Source: Chitinophaga pinensis
Lineage (GTDB): Bacteria; Bacteroidota; Bacteroidia; Palsa-965
DNA: 64,000 nt
Direction of reading: 5' to 3'
Assembly (NCBI GenBank): GCA_943372645.1
Contig: CALRZN010000007.1
Location: 8,687-72,686 of the forward strand
Positions 1-8,598 of this stretch are shown here, piece after piece. Each line of letters starts with the position of its first letter. Within the stretch, counting starts at the first letter, position 1. A program made the position numbers and the translations under genes. Below the pieces are notes generated by a model. That model saw nothing but the letters and a program-made list of their open reading frames with translations, ran no database searches and was not told the origin of the DNA.

Positions 1-1473
1 CCGCAGAAGTTCGGCATTGACAAACGTAAAGCACACCTTTCAACACTCATCTGCTCCGGACAACTGTCGCGGGAAGAAGCGCTGCGCGAAATGGAAAAAC
101 CGATCATTGATCCGCAGCAGCTGGCCGATGACAAGGCCTACGTTATAAAAAAATTAGGGTTCACGCCCGAAACCTTTGAAGCGGTGATGCAACTGCCGCC
201 GAAAAAACATACCGATTATCCCTCGTACCTCACCAGCAATTACGTTTACCAGCAGCGGTTTTCGCGTTTCACCCGCATCATCAAAAAAATAGTGGGCCGC
301 AAAACACCGGTAAACGCTGCCGGTCCGCTGCATGTGCTGCACATTGCCGCATGGTATCCGCATCCTGACAGTCCGCACAGCGGTATCTTCATCAAGGAAC
401 ATGTAGATGCACTCAACCGGTTTTGCATCAATGATGTGATTCATGTAGACATCAGACGCGACGGTAAAAATTTCTGGGAAGAAAAACACACGCAACTTTC
501 TGCTTCGGAAGAACAATGGACCTGCAACACCAGCGCGCGTCACTGGCTTACATTTGAGCTGCTGGCTTTGCGCCTGCTGTTCCGCGAACTCATCCGCAAA
601 GGCAAGGCCAAAAAGTATGATGTGGTTAACCTGTACATTGCCTACCCGTTTGCAACAGGTTTACGCACGCTCCGTTTTTTCTCGGGCAAACCGTTTACGA
701 TAACCGAACAATGGACGGCATATAATTTCTGGCTTGGCCAGGATAAGATACGACACAACCTGCGCCGGGTAAAAAATATGTTTCACAAAGGGGCGCATGT
801 CATTACCGTTTCCGAAGCACTGGCCGAAGACATCCGCGAATTTGCCGAACTGCCTAAACTCCATTACACCGTGGTACCGAATGTGGTTTCCCCGGAACTG
901 TTTCGCATGCGCAGCAGCATACCGGATAAACCGGTTTTCTTTATGCTCAATGTGTGGCACGCGCTGAAGAAACCGCTGGTTGCCATCAATGCGTTTGCCG
1001 TATTTCTGAAAAAACACCCGGATGCAATTTTACGTATCGGCGGCGATGGTCCGCTGATGGACGAAATGAAAGCCTGCATCGCGGCACACGGTATCGGCGG
1101 CAATGTGGTATTGCTCGGCGCGTTATCAAAAACAGCGGTTGCAGCAGAACTGGCCGCAGCCACCGCCCTGCTGCATGCATCGCGGTACGAAACATTTTCG
1201 GTAATCTGTGCAGAAGCACTTTGCTGCGGCACGCCGGTAATTGCTTCAAAGGTGGGCGCACTGCATGCACTCATCGGTGATGAACAAGGCATACTGGTGA
1301 ACGACGACGATCCGGCCAACTGGGCAAACGCCATGGAGACCATTTATAACAACCGCGCCCGTTTTTCACCTGCACAGGTTGCAGCAGGTGCTGCAGAAAA
1401 ATTTGCGCCGGAAGCCATCGGTCAAAAACTGTACAGTACCTTCCGCATGATCAGGGATAAAAACAACAGCTGA
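1..1473 (+). CDS. 5'-truncated ORF: C-terminus of an N-acetyl sugar amidotransferase (WbpG/WbuX-like) in frame with a GT4 glycosyltransferase
   Basis: Frame 1 is open from base 1 (PQKFGIDKRKAHLSTLICSGQLSREEALRE...KKLGFTPETFEAVMQLPPKKHTDYPSY, a typical amidotransferase C-terminus). It continues without a stop into HVLHIAAWYP...GIFIKEH and the GT4 signature ETFSVICAEALCCGTPVI. Confidence 0.8.
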   Translation, partial: PQKFGIDKRKAHLSTLICSGQLSREEALREMEKPIIDPQQLADDKAYVIKKLGFTPETFEAVMQLPPKKHTDYPSYLTSNYVYQQRFSRFTRIIKKIVGRKTPVNAAGPLHVLHIAAWYPHPDSPHSGIFIKEHVDALNRFCINDVIHVDIRRDGKNFWEEKHTQLSASEEQWTCNTSARHWLTFELLALRLLFRELIRKGKAKKYDVVNLYIAYPFATGLRTLRFFSGKPFTITEQWTAYNFWLGQDKIRHNLRRVKNMFHKGAHVITVSEALAEDIREFAELPKLHYTVVPNVVSPELFRMRSSIPDKPVFFMLNVWHALKKPLVAINAFAVFLKKHPDAILRIGGDGPLMDEMKACIAAHGIGGNVVLLGALSKTAVAAELAAATALLHASRYETFSVICAEALCCGTPVIASKVGALHALIGDEQGILVNDDDPANWANAMETIYNNRARFSPAQVAAGAAEKFAPEAIGQKLYSTFRMIRDKNNS

Positions 1474-1474
1474 G

Positions 1475-2572
1475 GTGGAACTGCGCGGACAACATATCGT
1501 CATCATTTCAAACGAAGCCTGGGGCACCACGTGGTATTCCAAACACAATTATGCGTTTGAATTATCGCGTAACAACCGCGTGCTTTTTATTGATCCGGTA
1601 AGCGGCTGGTCATTCCGAGACTTGTTCCGCAGCCGCATCACAAGCGAAACGGTTGCCGAAAACCTGGACGTAATCCGTTACAACAACCGGTTGCCAATCC
1701 GTTCAAAGCTGCTGTTCAACCTGAACAACCGATGGGTTTCTGCCGCGCTGAAAAACTATTTTTCAGGAAATGGTTTTGGCAACATGCTTTTCTGGAGTTT
1801 CGATCCGTACCGCCTGCATAAACCGGCCGCGCTGGGGGCAAAACAGGCCATTTACCAGTGCATGGACAATTATGCGTTTAAAGCGATGGGCGAAAAAACA
1901 CTCGCATTAAATTGTGCACATATAATTTGTGTGGGCGAACGCCTTGCCGATTATTTCCGCCCGTTTCACCGTTCCGTGCATGTGCTTCCGCACGCTATTC
2001 CGTCACGCGCATTCGGCCGCGATGAAAGCTTCCGAAACGCGTTGCCGGTGCGCAAAGGGTACGGTCTTTTTTTCGGCAACATCAACAAACGCCTCGACTA
2101 CGATCGCCTGGAAAAAATGGTAACTGCGCTTCCCGAACGCGATTTTGTGCTTATGGGCAACCTGCACGACCTTTCGGGCGATGCAGCGGCAAACCGCCTG
2201 TTCACTGAAAAAAAATACAGCAACGTGTACGTTACACCCGCAGTACCGTATAATGCGCTGCGCAATTACATTGCTGAAGCCGGCTTCGGATTTTTATTCC
2301 CGAAACCGGAACCGGGCAACCTGATATCGAGCCAGAAAATGATGCAGTACCTTGCACAGGGCAAACCGGTGTTCGGGCCGCATTTTGAAGAATGGAAAAA
2401 CGAAGAACACCTGCTTCATCCCGAGGATGATATTGACCGGCTGATCGGTCGTATGCGTACCGTGCTGCAGGAAAACGAACCGGCATCGCTGGCGGATGAA
2501 CGCATTGCACATGCACAGCAGTATAGTTTTGCTGCTATACTGAAAAAGATCGAACACATTTTACAACACTGA
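1475..2572 (+). CDS. Glycosyltransferase (GT-B fold, TuaH-like)
   Basis: WGTTWYSKHNYA N-terminus, FFGNINKRLD and KMMQYLAQGKPV motifs; tightly packed in the polysaccharide operon; GTG start. Confidence 0.8.
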   Translation: MELRGQHIVIISNEAWGTTWYSKHNYAFELSRNNRVLFIDPVSGWSFRDLFRSRITSETVAENLDVIRYNNRLPIRSKLLFNLNNRWVSAALKNYFSGNGFGNMLFWSFDPYRLHKPAALGAKQAIYQCMDNYAFKAMGEKTLALNCAHIICVGERLADYFRPFHRSVHVLPHAIPSRAFGRDESFRNALPVRKGYGLFFGNINKRLDYDRLEKMVTALPERDFVLMGNLHDLSGDAAANRLFTEKKYSNVYVTPAVPYNALRNYIAEAGFGFLFPKPEPGNLISSQKMMQYLAQGKPVFGPHFEEWKNEEHLLHPEDDIDRLIGRMRTVLQENEPASLADERIAHAQQYSFAAILKKIEHILQH

Positions 2573-2576
2573 TACG

Positions 2577-3707
2577 ATGCACGTAGTTTGGGTAATCGCC
2601 AACGAGCCTTCTGTTCCGTACTTCAACTGGTTTGCTGCAAAAGCACGCGAAACCGGTGCGGTAACATTTACATTTGTTGCGCTGTATCACGAACGCCCGA
2701 AGATGATTGACGAGATGCGCGAAAAGGGATTCGATTGTTACTGGATTCCGTTTGATGCATCCAAACGCAAACGTTCGATGGTTCGGGCGTTGTTTGCATT
2801 ATACAAGCTGTTCCGCAAACTGAAACCGGACATTGTACACACACACCTTTTTGACGATTCGCTGCCCGGCCTGCTGGCTGCGCGCCTGGCCGGTGTAAAG
2901 GGGCGTGTGATAACCAAACAGGATACCACCTATCATTGGTATTATGCCCCGGCGTATGTGCGTTTCGACCGGATGAATAACCGCAACGCCACGCACATCC
3001 AGGCCATTGCCACGCGCAACCGCGAATTTATAATTGAAAAAGAAAAAGCGCCTGCAGCAAAAGTGCACCTCATCCGCCACGGTTCACCGCCCGAAATAAT
3101 GACTGCTGCAACGGATGAAGCCATTGCACGGCTGAAAAAACAATACGGTATGGAAGGCCGCATTGTGGCTGGTACCGTGGCGCGGCTCATCCGCTGGAAA
3201 GGCCATCACCTGCTGATTGAAGCTGCAGCTGAAGCCGTAAAAAAATATCCGCAGCTGTTGTTTGTTTGGGCCGGCCGCGGAACACCGGAATTTAAAGCAG
3301 GGCTCGAAGCCGCCATCAAAGCGAAAGGACTGGAAAACAACGTATGCTTTACGGGCTGGATTGAACGGAAAGACATTCCTTCGTTTTACCGCTGTATGGA
3401 TATGTACCTGCACCCGGCCATTGAAGAACCGTATGGCTTTGCAATTACCGAAGCGCTGATGAACGGGGTGCCTACCGCTTCCACGCTGACCGGTGCTACC
3501 GACCTGCTGGTGAATTACCAAAGCGGTATAATTCTTCCTGAAAATGACAGCGCTGCAATTGGTTCTGCAATTGATTATTTCTGCAGCGATCCGGAACGCG
3601 CAAAACGCATCGGGGAAGCCGGAAAAAAAAGCGCATTACACGAAAACAGTTTTGAACGGATGTGGGCGGAACAAATTGCCCTTTACCACCGTATGAAGAA
3701 CTTCTGA
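2577..3707 (+). CDS. GT4 glycosyltransferase
   Basis: PDIVHTH, GTVARLIRWKGH and EPYGFAITEALMNGVP motifs. Confidence 0.9.
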   Translation: MHVVWVIANEPSVPYFNWFAAKARETGAVTFTFVALYHERPKMIDEMREKGFDCYWIPFDASKRKRSMVRALFALYKLFRKLKPDIVHTHLFDDSLPGLLAARLAGVKGRVITKQDTTYHWYYAPAYVRFDRMNNRNATHIQAIATRNREFIIEKEKAPAAKVHLIRHGSPPEIMTAATDEAIARLKKQYGMEGRIVAGTVARLIRWKGHHLLIEAAAEAVKKYPQLLFVWAGRGTPEFKAGLEAAIKAKGLENNVCFTGWIERKDIPSFYRCMDMYLHPAIEEPYGFAITEALMNGVPTASTLTGATDLLVNYQSGIILPENDSAAIGSAIDYFCSDPERAKRIGEAGKKSALHENSFERMWAEQIALYHRMKNF

Positions 3708-3708
3708 C

Positions 3709-4662
3709 GTGAAGAAACTGCTTAAATACCTGCGAAAACAATACATCGTCGGCCGCCCTGCAGGAGCGGCTGTGCGGGGTTTTCTGCGCTTTTCGGATAA
3801 AATACGGCGCACGTTTCACAAACACTGGCCGGTTTCAGGAACCGTGCACGTGCTGCTTCCGGGTAATGAAAAGCTGCTGCTCTGGTCGAAAGGCGATGAC
3901 TATATCACCACGCAGGCCTACTGGAAAGGTTTTAAAGGATACGAAGACACATCCGTATGGTTGTTTTACCAGCTCGCAAAACACAGCCACTGCATTATTG
4001 ATGCCGGTGCAAACATCGGTTACTTTTCACTCATCGCCGCAAAGGCCAATCCGGATGCATCCGTTTTTGCATTTGAACCCATGCCCGATATCGTGGAACG
4101 CTTCGAAAAAAACAGGCAGCTCAACAACCTGCAAAACATCCACATTCAAACGATGGCCGTCGGTGAAACCGATGGTGAACTTACGCTCTACACCCCCGTG
4201 GCTGCACCGGGCGTGGCTCTTGCCGTTTCGGCCAAAGAAGGCTGGCTGAGTAACACGACTGCTTCCCGGGTAAAAGCCACCACCCTCGACACCTGGTGCA
4301 GGACGAATACTACCGGCAAAACAGATCTTGTAAAAATAGATTGTGAATTACTCGAAGATGCTGTGCTGCGCGGCATGACCAACATCCTGGAAAATGACAA
4401 ACCGGTGCTGCTGGTGGAAATTTTATTCCCGGAATCGGAAGAAGTAGGCGATACCGGCAAGTTCAGTAACTACCGGGAAATTGAATCGCTGCTGAAAAAA
4501 TACGGTTATACGTTTTACCTCATCAACAATACCGCACTTGTACAGGTAGATCACCTCATTTATAATCCGGATTGCAGGAACTATCTTTTTTCAGCAAAAC
4601 CACCTGAAAAACGCTACCTTCCCTATTCCAATCTGCCCGACCTGGTGAAGCAGTTATGTTGA
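3709..4662 (+). CDS. FkbM family SAM-dependent methyltransferase
   Basis: IIDAGANIGYFS, AFEP, TLD and LVKIDCE motifs. Confidence 0.9.
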   Translation: MKKLLKYLRKQYIVGRPAGAAVRGFLRFSDKIRRTFHKHWPVSGTVHVLLPGNEKLLLWSKGDDYITTQAYWKGFKGYEDTSVWLFYQLAKHSHCIIDAGANIGYFSLIAAKANPDASVFAFEPMPDIVERFEKNRQLNNLQNIHIQTMAVGETDGELTLYTPVAAPGVALAVSAKEGWLSNTTASRVKATTLDTWCRTNTTGKTDLVKIDCELLEDAVLRGMTNILENDKPVLLVEILFPESEEVGDTGKFSNYREIESLLKKYGYTFYLINNTALVQVDHLIYNPDCRNYLFSAKPPEKRYLPYSNLPDLVKQLC

Positions 4663-5537
4663 ACACGCCTTTAGTCAGTATTATTATTCCTGCCTGCAAT
4701 GCAGCACCGTACATCGGCGATGCCATCCGTTCAGTGCAACAGCAAACGTTTACGGACTGGGAGTTACTGCTTACCGATGACGGTTCAACCGATGATACAG
4801 CTGATATTGTAAAACCATTTCTTGCGGATGAACGTATCCGTTACACAAAGCAAACCAACAGCGGCGTAAGTGCGGCACGCAACACCGGTATTGCCGCGGC
4901 AAAGGGAGCCTACATCGGTTTCCTCGATGCCGATGATGCACTGCTTCCGGAAAGTATTGCCGAAAAAATAAAGGTGCTCGAAGCCGACCCAAAAACAGAT
5001 TTTGTATTTGGTGATGTGATTTACTGCGATGCAGCACTGCAACCTTCCACAAGCATTTTAACCGGGAGCGATAAGCAACTGCTGGATGAACTGCTGCGCT
5101 GGAAAGCCACGCCCCTGCCTCTTTCGTGCGGCAACGTACTTGCGCGGCGAAAAATATTCGATGCGGGTTTCCGCTTTGATACGGAACTGTCAACGGCTGC
5201 CGACCAGGATTTTTCGTTTCATATTGCAAACAAATACTCCGGTAAACACCTTGCTGTGCGTTCTACGTTATACCGTGTGCTTCCGGGCAGCATGAGCCGG
5301 AATATTGCGGTGATGGAAAAAGACCATTTGCGGGTTTACCGCAAAGCCGTGCAGGCCGGGCTGTTCCGCAGTGCCGCTTTTCGCCGCGAATGTTTCGGGC
5401 GCCTGTACCTCACACTTGCCGGAAGCTGGCGCGTGAACGGAAACAATACCGGGCGTGCCATCCGGTTTACATTGCTCGCCCTGTTCACCTGGCGCGGCGC
5501 GTGGCCTGTTGTATTTCAAAAACTGATGCGGCGATGA
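4656..5537 (+). CDS. GT2 glycosyltransferase
   Basis: VSIIIPACN, DDGSTD, NSGVSAARNTG and FLDADD motifs. Confidence 0.92.
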   Translation: MLNTPLVSIIIPACNAAPYIGDAIRSVQQQTFTDWELLLTDDGSTDDTADIVKPFLADERIRYTKQTNSGVSAARNTGIAAAKGAYIGFLDADDALLPESIAEKIKVLEADPKTDFVFGDVIYCDAALQPSTSILTGSDKQLLDELLRWKATPLPLSCGNVLARRKIFDAGFRFDTELSTAADQDFSFHIANKYSGKHLAVRSTLYRVLPGSMSRNIAVMEKDHLRVYRKAVQAGLFRSAAFRRECFGRLYLTLAGSWRVNGNNTGRAIRFTLLALFTWRGAWPVVFQKLMRR

Positions 5538-6754
5538 AACACAACGGACCGGTGCTCGTGATTACTTACTGGAGCTGGAAAGATGCGCTCATCCAGACGT
5601 ACACGCTGCCGTATGTGGAACTGATTCAGCGCTACAGCAACAGCAATGTATGGATTGTAACACTTGAACAGTTACCGCGCGGAACATCAGCAGCAGAGCG
5701 CGAAGCAATTACCCGGGAATATGCAGCCAAAAAAATAATACCGGTTTTCTTTACTTATAACCGGTTCGGTATGGCGGCCATTTTCCAGGCATTGCTGATG
5801 ATCATAAAACTGCGCCGCCTTATCCGCCGCGAAAAAATCGGGGCCATACACACCTGGTGTACACCCGCCGGCGCGCTCGGTTACATGCTTTCTCGCCTCA
5901 CCGGGAAACCGCTGATTATTGACAGTTTTGAACCGCACGCTGAATCCATGGTGGAAAACGGAACCTGGACACATCGCAGCCTGGCGTTCCGCATTTTGTT
6001 TTATTTTGAAAAGAAACAGGCACGCAGGGCAAAAACAGCCATTGCACTTGCAGAAAAAATGCGCGACTATTGCCGTGAAAAATACCAGGCACAGCCGGAA
6101 ACATTTTATATCAAACCTGCTTTGATTGACATAAAAAACATGCAGCATCCCACCCCGGAAACCGTTGCTGCTTTAAAAGCAGACCTCGGGCTCACTGGTG
6201 CAATTACCTGTGTGTATGCAGGCAAAGCCGGCGGTATTTATCTTGAAAAAGAAATTACCGACCTGCTTGTTGCCGGAACAGCAACATTCGGCCCGGCATT
6301 CCGCGCGCTGATTCTGAGCCCTTCCGATCATGAACAATGGCTGAAACTTGCTGCTGCAAGCGGTTTTCCGGAATCGCAGCTGATCCTCAAATTTGTTCCG
6401 CAAACCGAAATCTACAGTTATCTTGCCGTTGCCGATTTTGCTATTACCCCTGTCAAACCGGTTCCCAGCAAACGTTGCTGCACGTCTATCAAAAACGGGG
6501 AATATTGGGTGGCAGGTCTGCCTGTAATTATCACACCGGAAATTTCCGACGATTCCGGGATCATTGAAAAAAATAACACAGGCGTAATATGGCGCGATTT
6601 TTCGCCGGAAGGTTGCCGCAAAGCCATGCAGCAGATGCAGCAGTTACTGGCCGGCGACCGGCAGCAACTGAAATTACGCGTGAAACAACAGGCTACTGAC
6701 TATCGTGACATGGCAATTGCAGACGCGATATATCGGGCTATTTACGGGAATTAA
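5534..6754 (+). CDS. Glycosyltransferase (GT4-like)
   Basis: Start placed at ATG 5534 (ATGA overlap with the upstream stop). Motifs VYAGKAGGIY and SIKNGEYWVAGLPVII. Confidence 0.8.
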   Translation: MKHNGPVLVITYWSWKDALIQTYTLPYVELIQRYSNSNVWIVTLEQLPRGTSAAEREAITREYAAKKIIPVFFTYNRFGMAAIFQALLMIIKLRRLIRREKIGAIHTWCTPAGALGYMLSRLTGKPLIIDSFEPHAESMVENGTWTHRSLAFRILFYFEKKQARRAKTAIALAEKMRDYCREKYQAQPETFYIKPALIDIKNMQHPTPETVAALKADLGLTGAITCVYAGKAGGIYLEKEITDLLVAGTATFGPAFRALILSPSDHEQWLKLAAASGFPESQLILKFVPQTEIYSYLAVADFAITPVKPVPSKRCCTSIKNGEYWVAGLPVIITPEISDDSGIIEKNNTGVIWRDFSPEGCRKAMQQMQQLLAGDRQQLKLRVKQQATDYRDMAIADAIYRAIYGN

Positions 6755-6769
6755 TATCTTTGCCCACGT

Positions 6770-7813
6770 ATGCAGGAGGGAACAAAAATTCTGGTTACAG
6801 GCGGCGCGGGCTACATCGGTTCGCATACCATCATCAGTTTACTGAACCAGGGTTATGAAGTAGTATCGCTTGATAATTACTCCAACTCCGTTCCTGAAAC
6901 CTACCGCCGTATTACAACCATCACCGGCAAAACACTTACTGCCGTGGAAGGCGACTGCTGCGATAAAGCAACGCTTGAAAAACTGTTCCGGGAGCACCGC
7001 ATCGGTGGCATCATTCATTTTGCCGCGTACAAATCGGTTCCCGAATCGGTGGACAAACCGCTGCTGTATTACCGCAATAATATTCTTTCACTTGCAACAC
7101 TGCTTGAAGTAAGTACCAAAGCCGGGGTGCGTGAATTTATTTTTTCCTCCTCCTGCTCGGTGTATGGTAACATCGGTATACTTCCGGTTTCGGAAGAAAC
7201 GCCGCTGGGCGAATTACAATCGCCGTATGCCGAATCGAAACTGATCGGTGAAAACCTGCTTCAGTATTTTGCCGTGCAAACGCCCGGACTGAAAACCATT
7301 GCGTTGCGTTATTTCAACCCGGTGGGTGCGCATCCGACCGGTTTCAACGGCGAACTGCCCCGCAACCGGCCGAATAACCTGGTTCCGTTTATCACGCAGG
7401 TGGCCATCGGAAAATTTCCGGAGCTGGCTGTTTACGGCGATGATTACGATACCCGCGATGGTTCGTGTATCCGCGACTATGTGCATGTGTGCGACATTGC
7501 TGATGCGCATGTGGCTGCATTGCAATACCTGGCTGCGCGTAAAAATGAAAACTATTTCGACATCATCAACCTGGGAACAGGAACCGGTGTAACCGTTTTT
7601 GAAGCCATACGCGCTTTTGAAAATGAAAACGGGCAAAAGCTGAATTACAATGTCGTGCCGCGCCGTACCGGTGATGTGGCCGCCATTTATGCCGACAGCC
7701 GCAAAGCAGAAACATTGCTGCACTGGAAGCCAAAACATGGTATCGGTGAAATGATGCGCAGCGCGTGGAAATGGGAACAGCACCTGCACGATGAACAGGC
7801 AGCTTCTCATTAA
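6770..7813 (+). CDS. galE: UDP-glucose 4-epimerase
   Basis: GGAGYIGSHT, HFAAYKSVPESV, YAESK (YxxxK), LRYFNPVGAH and DGSCIRDYVHV motifs. Confidence 0.96.
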   Translation: MQEGTKILVTGGAGYIGSHTIISLLNQGYEVVSLDNYSNSVPETYRRITTITGKTLTAVEGDCCDKATLEKLFREHRIGGIIHFAAYKSVPESVDKPLLYYRNNILSLATLLEVSTKAGVREFIFSSSCSVYGNIGILPVSEETPLGELQSPYAESKLIGENLLQYFAVQTPGLKTIALRYFNPVGAHPTGFNGELPRNRPNNLVPFITQVAIGKFPELAVYGDDYDTRDGSCIRDYVHVCDIADAHVAALQYLAARKNENYFDIINLGTGTGVTVFEAIRAFENENGQKLNYNVVPRRTGDVAAIYADSRKAETLLHWKPKHGIGEMMRSAWKWEQHLHDEQAASH

Positions 7814-7827
7814 ACTAAAGGGAATCT

Positions 7828-8598
7828 CTAAAACTTTATTTTCAGTTTCGCCAGCACTTCGTGTTTTTTCCGCCGCGGAATTTCGAATGCCTGTCCTGAT
7901 TTGAGCGAAACAAAACACGGTTCTCCTTTCGAATATTCTTTTACAAAATTCAGGTTCAGGATTATGGTTTTGCTGATGCGGATAAACGCCTCGTTGTCGG
8001 CCAGGAACTCTTCAAATTCACGCAACGTTTTCGTAAGCAGGTGCTTTTCACCGCTTTCGGTATAGAGGTACGAATAGCGGTCGGCGGCTTCAATGTGTGT
8101 AACCGTTGACATACGTACAAAAACCACCTGCTCGTTTTCGTGTACCGTAATGCTTTTTTCAATGGCGTTTGAATCAAGATTCTGCAGCAGGTTGATGATC
8201 TGTTTTCCCGCGGTGCCGGTAGCTTCCAGGTTTTCCACGGCCCGCTGTACTGCGCGCTGCAGGTCGGCCACTTCTACCGGTTTCAGCAGGTAATCAAGCG
8301 CACTGAATTTGATGGCGGTAAGTGCATAATGGCTGTAACTGGTTACAAAAACAATCTGGAACGGCAGTTTCGTTCCGAAGCGGCGCAACAGGTCAAAGGC
8401 TGTTCCCTCGGGCATCTGGATATCGAGGAACACGAGGTCGGGCTGGTGTTCGCGGATGAGTTTTTCTGCGCTGTCAATGCCGTCACCCATAGCCACTACG
8501 TTTACTTCCGGGCAGAATTTTTCAAGTAACGTACGGAGCAGTTTCAGGCTGCGCTCCTCATCATCTACAAGAATTACATTCAGCTTAGTGTTCGTCAT
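7828..8598 (-). CDS. LytTR-family response regulator (copy 1)
   Basis: Receiver domain DDE / FLDIQMP / VTSY / YLLKP, plus LytTR domain (HIEAADRYS, FIRISKTIILN). Start placed at MTNTKL, overlapping the kinase stop. Confidence 0.93.
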   Translation of the reverse strand: MTNTKLNVILVDDEERSLKLLRTLLEKFCPEVNVVAMGDGIDSAEKLIREHQPDLVFLDIQMPEGTAFDLLRRFGTKLPFQIVFVTSYSHYALTAIKFSALDYLLKPVEVADLQRAVQRAVENLEATGTAGKQIINLLQNLDSNAIEKSITVHENEQVVFVRMSTVTHIEAADRYSYLYTESGEKHLLTKTLREFEEFLADNEAFIRISKTIILNLNFVKEYSKGEPCFVSLKSGQAFEIPRRKKHEVLAKLKIKF

